NCBI GenBank assembly: GCA_963810095.1
Contig: CAWEMM010000009.1
Location: 256,001 to 320,000, forward strand
Reading direction: 5' to 3'
Length of the DNA stretch: 64,000 bases
DNA from: an uncultured Chloroflexia bacterium
GTDB lineage: Bacteria; Chloroflexota; Anaerolineae; CG2-30-64-16
Shown here: piece by piece, positions 33,512-42,889 of the stretch
Layout of the letters: every line of letters starts with the position of its first letter
How positions within the stretch are numbered: position 1 is the stretch's first letter
Made by a program: the position numbers and the translations under genes
Notes under the pieces: generated by a model
The model's input: only the letters and a program-made list of their open reading frames with translations
Databases searched by the model: none
What the model was told of the DNA's origin: nothing

Positions 33512-34874
33512 TCACACAGGCGCAGCCGGCGACTTCATCGTTTCGAGGAAGCGGCCGCACCCCGGCGCGGCGACGATCTCCCCTTCCCACAGCACCGGCT
33601 GGCCGCGCTGGAACGACATTTCGGGCCACCCGAGCACGGTGCGGCCGGCGTAGAGCGTGTACCCCACGTTCGTATGCTGGTTCTGGTCCGTCAAGGTCAT
33701 GGGCCGGTTCGGGTCGAACACGACGATGTCGGCGTCACTCCCGGGCGCGATCGTGCCCTTCTGGGGGTACAGGCCGAAGATCCGGGCGGGATTCTCGCAT
33801 AGCGCCTGCACCAGCCGCACCGGCCCGATGTGCCCCCCGTTCACACCTTCGTCCCACGTGATCGGCAGCAGCGTTTCGATCTGCGGCGAGCCGAACCCCT
33901 GCACGAGGAAGTCTCCGTGCGGGTCCTTTGCCTTCGGCGCATGATCAGATGCGACGACCGACAGCGTGCCGTCCGCCAGCCCGCGCCACAGCGCCCCGTT
34001 GTCCGCCGCGGTCCGGATGGGCGGCCCGATCTTGGCGTAGGCCCCCCGGGTGTTCAGCACATCCTCGGTAAGCGTCAGATACTGGGGGCAAGTTTCCGCG
34101 TATACCTTCCGCCCTTCGGCTTGCGCCTTCCGGATCGGCCGCAGGACGCGGCCGGCCGTGACATGCGGGATGTACAATGGACAGCCGGCCACTTCGGCCA
34201 GGCAGATGGCCCGGAAAACCGCTTCTTCCTCCAGGGCAGCCGGCCGCGATGCATTGAAGTACTTCGCCGACGCATCGGGCCCCTTGAGGTACTTGTCCTC
34301 CAGGTAGTCGATCGCGCCGCCGTTTTCCGCATGCACCATCGCCATGCCCCCCCGGCTCGCGAGCAGGTCCATCGCCTTGATCAACTGGTAGTCGTCCGTG
34401 TACCAGCCCTGCTTCAGGTAGGTCAGGAAGAACTTGAACGTGCGGACGCCGAGCGCCATCACGCGGGGGATCTCGGGGACCTGGCGGGGGGCTTCGAACA
34501 TGCCGCCGTGCAGCCCGAAGTCGAGCGGGGAGCGCCGCGTCGCATCTTCGAGCATTTTCGTCACCTGCTCTTCGAGCGACTCGCCGGTCCGCGCGTAGGC
34601 GAAGTGGAGGACGGTGGTCGTGCCCCCGAAGGCCGCGCACCGCGCCGACGCCTCGACGTCGTCCAGGTACACCGGGTGCACGTGGACGTCGATGGCGCCC
34701 GGCATGACGTAGCGTCCGCTCACGTCGACAACCTCCCGCGCGCCTTCCGCGAGGCAAACCCGGGGCGACGTCAGCCACCTTGTCGCCGCGCACGCCCACG
34801 TCGGCCCGCCGCATGCCGGTTCCCGTAATGACCGTGCCATTTGTCAGAAGCAGATCGTAGTGACCCATGAACAT
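33512..34874 (-). CDS. Cyclic amidohydrolase (hydantoinase/dihydropyrimidinase/allantoinase family); frameshift ~34755
   Basis: PGAIDVHVH, GGTTT, carboxylated-Lys TFKFF, HAENG, PHVT, ETCPQYL, SDHAP, GSDADIV. Confidence 0.9.
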
Positions 34875-34899
34875 CTTCCTTGCCTTCCGCCGCGAGGGT

Positions 34900-34997
34900 G
34901 AAACGGCACGCTGATTGAACGGACATGACTGGGCTTGACTGATTCTCTTAGGAGATCAGGTGAATCAGTTTCATCCGTTCAATCAGTGTCCCATTCC
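34900..34997. repeat. Family B element supplying the last codons and stop of Mo subunit 2
   Basis: GAAACGGCACGCTGATTGAACGGA...TCCGTTCAATCAGTGTCCCATTC; on the minus strand it reads EWDTD-stop. Confidence 0.78.
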
Positions 34998-37339
34998 GCT
35001 ATCATCCGTAATACCCGCTCGGGCGTGATCGGCAGCTCGCGCACGGGCTTGCCCAGTGCGTCGCTGACTGCGCTGGCCACCGCGGGCGCCGCGGGCGTCA
35101 GCGACGGCTCGCCGATCCCCTTCGCGCCGAACGGTCCGACGCCCGTCCCCGATTCGAGCAGGATCACCTGCACCGGGGGGAAGTCCATGCTGGTCGGCAG
35201 CAGGTACTCTGCCAGCGAAGGCGTCTGGATGCGCCCGCCCTTCACCAGCATGTCCTCCAGCAGCGCGTAGCCGAGCCCCTGGTTCGCGCCGCCCGCCAGC
35301 TGCCCCTCGGCCGCGGTCCGGTTGATCGCCCGGCCCACGTCGTGGCACGTCACCGCCTTGAGCAGCGTCACCTCGCCCGTCTCCATATCGACCGCCACCT
35401 CGCACGCCAGTGCGCCAAAGGTGAAGTCGGGGAAGACGCGGCCCTGCCCGGTTTCCGGGTCCAGCGGCTCGCTGAACGGGGCCTGGAACATCGCGAGGTT
35501 CGCGAGGGGTAGCCCTTCGGCGGCGCAGCGTTTCACCAGGTCGGCCAGCGGCACGCACTCGGCTGCACTCTTCGGCTTGCCGCCTGCACCCTTGACGTAC
35601 GCCATTTCGTTACCGAGGTCAATCTGCTCGGGTTCCTCTTCCAGCAGCTGCGATGCCCGGGTGACGAGCACCTTGCGCACCGCATTGGCCGCCTGGAGCG
35701 TTGCGTTGCCGGACATGTAGAGCTGGCGGGTGGCCGTCGACGTGCCCGAGAGCGGCGTCAACGCCGTGTCGGTGTGGTACACGGTCACCCGGTTGAGCGG
35801 CACGCCCAATACTTCGGCCGCGATCTGGGCCAGGCTGTTGACCTGCCCGGCGCCCAGGTCGGGCACGCCAGCCCGCACCACGACCGTTCCATCGAGTTCC
35901 ATGCCCACCCAGGCCTGGCTCGTGTCGTGCAGCCAGGTGATGCGCCCGTAGCTTTGGAAGTACGATGCGAACCCCTGCCCGATCTTGACATACTCCGACC
36001 AAGGCTCGGTCTTCTGGCCGAGTGCAGCCAGGGCGCGCGTGGCGGTCTCTTCCAGCCAGGCGGCCGACTCGACGGGCTGCCCGGTCGACGTCGTGTCGCT
36101 GGTGTGCAGGTAGTTGACACGGCGCAGCGCCAGCCGGTCCATGCCCAGGGCCGCAGCAATACGGTCCATCTGGCCCTCGTAAGCGAAGGCCGCCTGCGGG
36201 CCGCCAAAGCCGCGGAACGCGCTGGTAAAAGGGTTGTTGGTAGCCACCGCGACCGCGTCGACAAAGAGGTTGTCGATGGCATAGGGCCCCGGCGCCATGA
36301 TGGCCGAGTAGAGCAGCACGTAGGGGGTGAGGTAGGGGTACGCGCCCGAATCCGCGACGATGCGGATGTGACTCGCCGTGATCTTGCCGTCGCGGCGGAC
36401 GCCCGTCCGATGGGTGATGACCATGGGGTGCCGCTTGGAGTGCGCGAGGATCGATTCCTCGCGGGTGTAGACCAGGCGCACGGGCCGCCCCGTTGCCTGA
36501 ACGAGCAAGGCCAGGAAGATTTCGACGGTGATGTCTTCCTTGCCGCCGAACCCGCCGCCGACGAAGGTGCCTTGCACACGGATCTTGTTCTGCGGCACCC
36601 CGAGCGCCTTCGCGACGCTGCGGAAATGCTCGATCACCTGGGTCGACACCCGGAGGTTGATCACACCCTGGCTGTCCAGCCAGCCCACCCCCGCCTCCGG
36701 CTCGATGTAGGCATGGTCCTGGTAGGGCACCCGGAAGGTGTTCTCGACCACCAGGTCCGCGTCGGCAAAGCCGCGCTCGAGGTCGCCCTTGCGGATCTTC
36801 CACTTGCCGACCTTGTTGTGTTCGCCCGGCAGGGCGCCCTCATGCAGCACCGGCGCGCCCGGCTTGAGCCCGTCCTCGGGATCGAAGATGCCCGGCGTTG
36901 CCTCGTACTCGATCTCCACCAGCCGCAGAGCGGCCTCGGCAATGGCCTCCGTCTCCGCGGCGATCAACGCGACGGGCTCGCCCACGAAGCGGACGCTGTC
37001 AATCGCCAGCACGGGTGCATCTGACCCCTTGCGCTGCGCCTGACCGGTCTGCCCCGGCATGTCGGTGACCAGCCGGGCATTCGGGAGGTCGCCCGAGGTG
37101 AGCACGCACGCGACGCCGGGCAAGGCGCGCGCCTTGCTCACGTCGAGGCGCACGATGCGTGCGGAAGGCTCGGTGCTGCGGAACACCTTGGCGTGCAGCA
37201 TGCCGGGCATGGCAAAGTCGCCGGCGTAAACGGTGGCGCCGACGGCCTTCCCCAGCGCGTCCACCCGGCGCAGCGGCTTGCCGATGATCTTGAGTTCGGG
37301 CAGGTTTACGGGCGGCAGCGGCTTGACTTCGACGATCAT
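34979..37339 (-). CDS. Xanthine dehydrogenase family molybdopterin subunit (enzyme 2)
   Basis: HAYIEPE, GGGFGGKED, SAFRGFGGPQ, GAGQ, TATRQ, KGIGE. Confidence 0.94.
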   Translation of the reverse strand: MIVEVKPLPPVNLPELKIIGKPLRRVDALGKAVGATVYAGDFAMPGMLHAKVFRSTEPSARIVRLDVSKARALPGVACVLTSGDLPNARLVTDMPGQTGQAQRKGSDAPVLAIDSVRFVGEPVALIAAETEAIAEAALRLVEIEYEATPGIFDPEDGLKPGAPVLHEGALPGEHNKVGKWKIRKGDLERGFADADLVVENTFRVPYQDHAYIEPEAGVGWLDSQGVINLRVSTQVIEHFRSVAKALGVPQNKIRVQGTFVGGGFGGKEDITVEIFLALLVQATGRPVRLVYTREESILAHSKRHPMVITHRTGVRRDGKITASHIRIVADSGAYPYLTPYVLLYSAIMAPGPYAIDNLFVDAVAVATNNPFTSAFRGFGGPQAAFAYEGQMDRIAAALGMDRLALRRVNYLHTSDTTSTGQPVESAAWLEETATRALAALGQKTEPWSEYVKIGQGFASYFQSYGRITWLHDTSQAWVGMELDGTVVVRAGVPDLGAGQVNSLAQIAAEVLGVPLNRVTVYHTDTALTPLSGTSTATRQLYMSGNATLQAANAVRKVLVTRASQLLEEEPEQIDLGNEMAYVKGAGGKPKSAAECVPLADLVKRCAAEGLPLANLAMFQAPFSEPLDPETGQGRVFPDFTFGALACEVAVDMETGEVTLLKAVTCHDVGRAINRTAAEGQLAGGANQGLGYALLEDMLVKGGRIQTPSLAEYLLPTSMDFPPVQVILLESGTGVGPFGAKGIGEPSLTPAAPAVASAVSDALGKPVRELPITPERVLRMIAEWDTD

Positions 37340-37884
37340 CGTCCACCTCCCTGCCGTGTCGCATCCTTCGACTTCGCCTCGTCCCTCGGGGACGGTCTCC
37401 GCTCAGACTGCTCCGAATCCTGGATCTTTGCCGCCGCGACCTTCACCGCCTCGACGATGGGGCCGTACCCGGTGCACCGGCACAGGTTACCCGAGATGGC
37501 TTCCTTGATTTCGTCGTCCGTGGGCCGCGGGTTTTGGTCGAGCAATGCTTTCGCCGCGATGATCAGCCCGCCGGTGCAGTACCCGCACTGGACCGCGCCC
37601 AGGTCGGCAAAGGCCTCCTGGAGCGGATGCGGGTGGTCGAGGGTGCCCACGCCGGCGGGCGTCAGCACCGGTAAGCCGTCGGCCTGCCAGGCGAGCGTCA
37701 GGCAGGAATTCACAGGCTGCCCGTCGAGTAGCACCGCGCATGCGCCGCAGTCGCCCTTCTCGCAGCCGTTCTTGACGTCGGTATACCCGAGATCGCGCAG
37801 CGCCTGCAGCAGGGTCACGTTCGGCGCCAGCGCGGCATAATGGGTCCGGCCGTTGACGATCAGTGTCACAACCTGTGGCTTCAT
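37336..37884 (-). CDS. 2x[2Fe-2S] subunit (CoxS/XdhC-like, enzyme 2)
   Basis: GCEKGDCGAC, QCGYCTGG, NLCRCTGY; the C-terminal tail derives from a family A repeat. Confidence 0.92.
   Translation of the reverse strand: MKPQVVTLIVNGRTHYAALAPNVTLLQALRDLGYTDVKNGCEKGDCGACAVLLDGQPVNSCLTLAWQADGLPVLTPAGVGTLDHPHPLQEAFADLGAVQCGYCTGGLIIAAKALLDQNPRPTDDEIKEAISGNLCRCTGYGPIVEAVKVAAAKIQDSEQSERRPSPRDEAKSKDATRQGGGR
37361..37411. repeat. Family A element, opposite orientation, in the 3' end of the 2Fe-2S gene
   Basis: Reverse complement GCAGTCTGAGCGGAG-hairpin-CGAAGTCGAAGGATGC; encodes QSERRPSPRDEAKSKDA. Confidence 0.78.
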
Positions 37885-38774
37885 TGGGGCTGACCTCCCG
37901 GCAGGCAACCGCAGGCAGTTCCTGCCTGGGACAGGAGACGCCTGACGATCACCTCCGTGATGTGGCGCCTGTATGCTGCCGAGCCGCGAATGTCGTCGAT
38001 GGGAGAGGTGTGCTGCGCCGCCAGGTGCGCGGCCTCGGCAAGCAGGTCCGTCGTCCAGGCGTTCGCGCACAGCAGACGCTCGGCTTCCGGCACGCGGATA
38101 GGCCGTGGCGCCACCGCCCCGAGAGCGACCGCAGCATGTGACAGCCCATTCCCGTTCGGCTCCACCGTCACGGCCGCGCTGATCACCGAGATCGCGTCGG
38201 CCCTGCGCAGCCCGAACTTGCGGAACGCGCCGGCGCGCCGCTCGGCCGCGGGCCACATCATCCGTATCAGCAGCTCGTCGGGCAGGCGCACGGTTTTGCG
38301 AACCCCGACGAAGAACTCGGCGAGGGGCACGCAGCGCGTGCCGCGCACGCTGGCAAGTTCCACCTGTGCATCGAGCGCCAGCAGGGGCGGCGCGGTGTCC
38401 GCTGCGGGTGAGGCATCCACCAGGTTTCCGCCCACGGTCGCCCGGTTGCGCACCAGAGGGCTGGCGAACACACTCGCTGCCTGCGCGAGCGGCGCGCCGT
38501 GCGCCGTGATCAGGGGGTGCTTCAGCAGCTCTGCGAGCGTAACCGCCGCGCCCACCGAGACCGTCGCGCCGTCGCGAGCCAGCGCAATTCCGCGCAATTC
38601 GGGCAGCCGGCCAATGTCGACCAATATGGGTGGCCCCGCAAAATGGTCCCGGAGCTCGACGAGCACGTTCGTGCCGCCCGCCAGCGGACGTGCGTCCGAC
38701 CCGTACCGGGCAAGCAGGTCCAGCGCTTCGTCGAGCGAAGCAGGTCTGAGAAGCTCAAATTCCGGCAACATCAT
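37881..38774 (-). CDS. Xanthine dehydrogenase family FAD subunit (enzyme 2)
   Basis: AGGTN, ASPLVRNRATVGGNL, SPAADT, PIDDIRGSAAYR. Confidence 0.93.
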   Translation of the reverse strand: MMLPEFELLRPASLDEALDLLARYGSDARPLAGGTNVLVELRDHFAGPPILVDIGRLPELRGIALARDGATVSVGAAVTLAELLKHPLITAHGAPLAQAASVFASPLVRNRATVGGNLVDASPAADTAPPLLALDAQVELASVRGTRCVPLAEFFVGVRKTVRLPDELLIRMMWPAAERRAGAFRKFGLRRADAISVISAAVTVEPNGNGLSHAAVALGAVAPRPIRVPEAERLLCANAWTTDLLAEAAHLAAQHTSPIDDIRGSAAYRRHITEVIVRRLLSQAGTACGCLPGGQPQ

Positions 38775-38814
38775 CGCCTCGAAGGAAGAAGAAATGACGC
38801 AAAAACACCATGCG

Positions 38815-40335
38815 TTACAGGTTGACCAGGTTCACCGGTGTCTTTGTGTCTTTGTGTTGAATGCTCTCTGCCGCGGCGAGCACCCCCCGCACGATGCTCA
38901 CATAGCCCGTGCAGCGGCACAGGTTACCGCGCAGGTAGTGCCTCACCTGGTCCTCCGTCGGTTGTGGGACCTCGGCCAGGAGGCTCTTTGCAGTCAGCAA
39001 CATGCCCGGCGTGCAGTATCCGCACTGGAACGCGGCATGGTCGATGAAGGCTTCCTGGAGCGGGTCGAGCGTGCCGTCGGCTGCCTGCAGCCCTTCCACC
39101 GTCCGGATGTCGCACCCTTCCGCCGTTACTGCCAGCACCAGGCACGCCAACACCGGCCTGCCGTCCATGAGCACGGTGCACGCGCTGCACTCGCCGATGC
39201 CGCACCCGTACTTGCTGCCGGTGAGTTGGAGCTTCTCGCGCAGGACGTTCAACAGCAACTCGTTCGCGCCCACCCGTACCCGCTGCGGTTGGCCGTTGAC
39301 ACAGAGCGTAACGGCCAGCTCTTCTCCGGGTGCGAGGGTGAGCGACTTGTTCGCGAATGCATCCTGAGCGGCGTGCCCACCTGCGGACGCGAGCGAGGTC
39401 GAAGCATGCTCGGCTGGCTGGGGGGGTGCCCAACTGTGGCTCGGCGCGCCCGCCCGCTGCCAGGCACGCAGAAGCCCATCGTGCACCATGACGCGCACGA
39501 TCTCGCGGCGATACCATGCCTGAGAGCGTATGTCGTCTATCGGGCTAACCTGCTCCGCCGCCAACTCGGCTGCCCGGGCGGCGAGTTCGGGTGTGAAGCG
39601 CTTTCCGGCCAGGAATTCCTCCGCATGGAGCGTTCGAAGCGGGGTCGGCCCGACTGAGCCAAAAGCAAGGCGAGCCGCGACGACCGTGTCGCCTTCCCGC
39701 AAGACGAGCACTGCCGCGCTCGCCTTTGCGATATCCGCCGCCACCCGGCCCATTTTCAGAAACGCGCTCCCCGCCGCCGTGCCCCCAGCCGAGGGCCAAG
39801 GGAGGAAGATTTGCGTGATGATCTCCCCGCGTTGCAGCGCACTGCGACCCGGACCGAGGAAGAACTCACCGAGTGGTACCCGGCCCTTGCCGACCGGCCC
39901 ATCGATCATGATCCACGCATCGTAAGCAAGCAGCGCGGGCGCCGTGTCGGCAGCGGGCGACGCATTGCCGATGTTCCCACCCAGCGTGCCCATACTTTCC
40001 ACCTGCCGGGTGCTGAATCCGTCGCACGCTTCGGCCAGCGCGGGGAAGTGCTGGTGTACGGATGGGTGGCCGGCGACTTCTGCGATTGTCGTCAGGGCGC
40101 CGATTTCCAGGCCCACGTCGGTGGCGCGGATGCCCGCCAGCCCCCGAATTCTCCGCAAGCTCACCAGGTGCTCGTGCGCGCCCCGTTCGATCTTCATGTG
40201 CACCAGCACGTCGGTCCCGCCCGCTATGACCTGAGCGTCGTGAGCCAGCAGCAGCTCCGATGCCTCGGCCAGTGTCGCGGGCTCGTGGTACGTGAATTGG
40301 TTGACGAGGATGTGCGTATTGGTTGCCTGGCTCAT
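38815..40335 (-). CDS. Fused FAD-binding + 2x[2Fe-2S] subunit (enzyme 3)
   Basis: AGGTD, GTLGGNIGNASPAAD, PIDDIRS; linker; GCGIGECSAC, QCGYCTPG, NLCRCTGY, all in one frame. Confidence 0.92.
   Translation of the reverse strand: MSQATNTHILVNQFTYHEPATLAEASELLLAHDAQVIAGGTDVLVHMKIERGAHEHLVSLRRIRGLAGIRATDVGLEIGALTTIAEVAGHPSVHQHFPALAEACDGFSTRQVESMGTLGGNIGNASPAADTAPALLAYDAWIMIDGPVGKGRVPLGEFFLGPGRSALQRGEIITQIFLPWPSAGGTAAGSAFLKMGRVAADIAKASAAVLVLREGDTVVAARLAFGSVGPTPLRTLHAEEFLAGKRFTPELAARAAELAAEQVSPIDDIRSQAWYRREIVRVMVHDGLLRAWQRAGAPSHSWAPPQPAEHASTSLASAGGHAAQDAFANKSLTLAPGEELAVTLCVNGQPQRVRVGANELLLNVLREKLQLTGSKYGCGIGECSACTVLMDGRPVLACLVLAVTAEGCDIRTVEGLQAADGTLDPLQEAFIDHAAFQCGYCTPGMLLTAKSLLAEVPQPTEDQVRHYLRGNLCRCTGYVSIVRGVLAAAESIQHKDTKTPVNLVNL
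39359..39409. repeat. Family A element in the FAD/FeS linker
   Basis: GCATCCTGAGCGG...GAGGTCGAAGCATGC (51 bp), encodes HASTSLASAGGHAAQDA. Confidence 0.72.
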
Positions 40336-42788
40336 GAGCGCACCTCTTCGCCGGCCAAGAAACCAGGTTTCTCGAAGAAACCTGGTTTCTGAAGCGCCGC
40401 AAGGATCTTCTCCGGCGTGATGGGCAGCTCGTAGAAGCGGACGCCAATCGCGTTGTTGATCGCATTGGCGTAGGCGGCCGCCACCGGGTTCGTCGCGGCC
40501 TCGCCGATGCCCTTGGCGCCAAACGGCCCCGTCGGCTCGAACGTGTCCGCGAAGTACGTGGTGATCGCGTTCATGCACGGCGTCTCTTCAAATCCCGGAA
40601 TCTTGGCGTCGACCATGAACCCTTTGGAAAAGAGCTGCCCGTTGCCGTCCCAGCCGTTGTCTTCGAGCAGCGCATACCCCGCGCCCTTCGACAGCCCGCC
40701 TTCCAGCTGCCCGGCGGCCATGTCCGGATTAATCACAGTTCCGCAATCACTGCCCAACGCGGCCTTGACCGTCCGGACCTGCCCCGTCCACGTGTCTACC
40801 TCGACGTCCAGAAACACCGATACGTAGGCGGGCGGGCACGACGTCGGCCGGTAGCTGACGACGCTGGCGATGGTCTTCCAGCTTTCGGTCCAGCAGCGTG
40901 TGGCCACTTCGCCGATGGTCATGCGTTTGTCGGGGATCGAGGGCACGTAGAGCACGCCCTGGCCCAGCTGCTCGTCCATCGTCAGGACCAGCGCCTCGGG
41001 CTGGACGTTCAGGAACCGCCCCGCCGTCGCAAGCAGATCGGCCTTGGCCTCCTGCACCGCCTTCACGGCCGCGCCGCCGCCCGCATACACCCCCCGGGTC
41101 GCGTGCGTGACAACGTCGTACACGGTCGTGCGGGTGCCTGCGGGCGACAGGTTCACCTTGTCCAGCGGCACACACAACCCCTCGGACACCAGCTTGGCAA
41201 TCGCTTCGAGCGTCCCGCCGCCGTGATCCATCAGTGCGGTGATGACGTCGACCGAGCCGTCCTGGTTGATCTTCACCATCGCGCCCGAGTAGTCGATCAC
41301 GTCGCCCGGCTGGGGTGCGCCCGCACTGGAGGTGTGGAACCCGCGCGCCATGCCGGTTCCCCGGCGGTAACGGGAGGGAGAATGGGACGCTGATTGGACT
41401 GCTGGATCTGATCGGTTCGCAAGATCATGCAGATCAGTTCGATCGGTTGAATCTGCGTCCCATTTGATCCCCATGATCTCGGCGCCGGTGTGCAGCAGCT
41501 CGGGCACGCCGTCAGAGCGGACAATAGAGCGCACCAGCGGGCCCTGGCCCCAGAATGTGTCCCCTTCGCCGATGTAGTTTTTGAGGCGCAGAGCGATCGG
41601 GTCGAGCCCCAGCTTTGCGGCCAGCTCGTCCATCAACGACTCCACCGCAAAGGTCACCTGCGGGTTGCCGAAGCCCTGCATCGCGCACGACGGCACCTTG
41701 TTCGTATAGACCGCAACGCCGTGGTATTTGATGTCGGGCAGGCGGTACAGCGACACGAGCCAGCCGATACACACGCCAAGGAATGAGTACGCCTGGACGA
41801 TATGGGCGCCGATATCGACGATCAGCTCCATTTCCGCGCCCAGCAAGGTCCCGTCTCTTTTAGCGGCCAGCTTGAGGCTGATCTGTGACGGGTACTTGGT
41901 GTGCTCGTTCATGTCCTCTTCGCGCGTCAGCGCGAGGCGCACGGGCCGTCGCGCCTTAAGCGCCAGGGCCGCGCAGATCGGGAGGTTCGAGTTCATCTGG
42001 ATGCTGGAGCCGAACGTGCCGCCCACGGGGATGCGTTGCACGTCGATCTTGCTGAGGGGGATGTCGAAAATCTGTCCCAGCAGGATGCGGACATTGTGGA
42101 TGGACTGGGTAGTCGCCCAGAGGGTGAGACCGCCGTCGGGCTCGGGCCGGCAGACGGCTGTCTTCGGCTCCAGCTGCGCGTGGTAAATCTTCGGGGTCTT
42201 GAAAGTCCCCTCTACAACCGTGTCCGCCTGCGAAAGCGCACTTGCCCAGTCGCCTTCGACGATCGTGCGTTCACATGCGACGTTGTTGACAACGGGGATC
42301 TGCTTCTCGCCGTGCCAGATGCTGTCGTAGATGGCCGCCGCGCCGGGTTGCATCGCCTCGACCGGGTCGGTCAGGACGGGCAGCACCTCGTACTCCACCT
42401 TGACGGCCCGCGCGGCTCGCTCGGCCAGCTCTTCCGTTTCTGCAGCCACCGCCGCGACGGGCTCGCCCAGGCGCCGCGCCTTGTCGGCCAGCACGAAGTG
42501 ATCGCGGTGCAGGGCCGAGGGGATGGTGACGATGCGCTCGTTGTAGCACGTGTGCGGCACGTCGTCCCAGGTAATCACGACTGCGCCCATGGCTTCCGCT
42601 TCGCTCGCGTCGACGCTGAGAATCCGAGCGTGCGCGTGAGGACTGCCGACGATCCGGCCGTGCAGCATGCGCGGCAGGTAGATGTCCGAGGAGTATTGTT
42701 CCTGGCCGGTGACCCGCGCGATGGCATCCTTGCGCTTTGTCACCTTCCCCAAGACGTGCCAGCCGCTGCTGGCGCCATTTTCTTCCAT
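40332..42788 (-). CDS. Xanthine dehydrogenase family molybdopterin subunit (enzyme 3, divergent motifs)
   Basis: RVTGQEQY, HAQLEP, GGTFGSS, AMQGFGNPQ, THATRG, KGIGE. Confidence 0.92.
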   Translation of the reverse strand: MEENGASSGWHVLGKVTKRKDAIARVTGQEQYSSDIYLPRMLHGRIVGSPHAHARILSVDASEAEAMGAVVITWDDVPHTCYNERIVTIPSALHRDHFVLADKARRLGEPVAAVAAETEELAERAARAVKVEYEVLPVLTDPVEAMQPGAAAIYDSIWHGEKQIPVVNNVACERTIVEGDWASALSQADTVVEGTFKTPKIYHAQLEPKTAVCRPEPDGGLTLWATTQSIHNVRILLGQIFDIPLSKIDVQRIPVGGTFGSSIQMNSNLPICAALALKARRPVRLALTREEDMNEHTKYPSQISLKLAAKRDGTLLGAEMELIVDIGAHIVQAYSFLGVCIGWLVSLYRLPDIKYHGVAVYTNKVPSCAMQGFGNPQVTFAVESLMDELAAKLGLDPIALRLKNYIGEGDTFWGQGPLVRSIVRSDGVPELLHTGAEIMGIKWDADSTDRTDLHDLANRSDPAVQSASHSPSRYRRGTGMARGFHTSSAGAPQPGDVIDYSGAMVKINQDGSVDVITALMDHGGGTLEAIAKLVSEGLCVPLDKVNLSPAGTRTTVYDVVTHATRGVYAGGGAAVKAVQEAKADLLATAGRFLNVQPEALVLTMDEQLGQGVLYVPSIPDKRMTIGEVATRCWTESWKTIASVVSYRPTSCPPAYVSVFLDVEVDTWTGQVRTVKAALGSDCGTVINPDMAAGQLEGGLSKGAGYALLEDNGWDGNGQLFSKGFMVDAKIPGFEETPCMNAITTYFADTFEPTGPFGAKGIGEAATNPVAAAYANAINNAIGVRFYELPITPEKILAALQKPGFFEKPGFLAGEEVRS
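40358..40390. repeat. Family C palindrome dimer in the 3' end of Mo subunit 3
   Basis: AGAAACCAGGTTTCTCGAAGAAACCTGGTTTCT, encodes KPGFFEKPGF. Confidence 0.82.
41381..41464. repeat. Family B element (84 bp) in-frame inside Mo subunit 3
   Basis: AATGGGACGCTGATT...AATCTGCGTCCCATT; encodes KWDADSTDRTDLHDLANRSDPAVQSASHS. Confidence 0.82.
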
Positions 42789-42817
42789 CACGCCTCCATT
42801 GGCGGGTGGCGATAAAC

Positions 42818-42884
42818 CACAAAGGCGCAAAGACACGAAGACCTACAAAGGCTGTGTGCCGACTGGTGTCTTCGTGTCTTTGTG
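42818..42884. repeat. Family E inverted repeat
   Basis: Perfect 15-bp IR CAAAGACACGAAGAC / GTCTTCGTGTCTTTG between pyrB and Mo subunit 3; a half copy at 38838-38856 encodes HKDTKT. Confidence 0.7.
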
Positions 42885-42889
42885 TTAAG

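Noticed and set aside
23882-42788. Selenocysteine (TGA) recoding in the Mo enzymes
   Set aside because: No ORF is interrupted by an in-frame TGA followed by continued homology. The break in enzyme 1 is a frame change.
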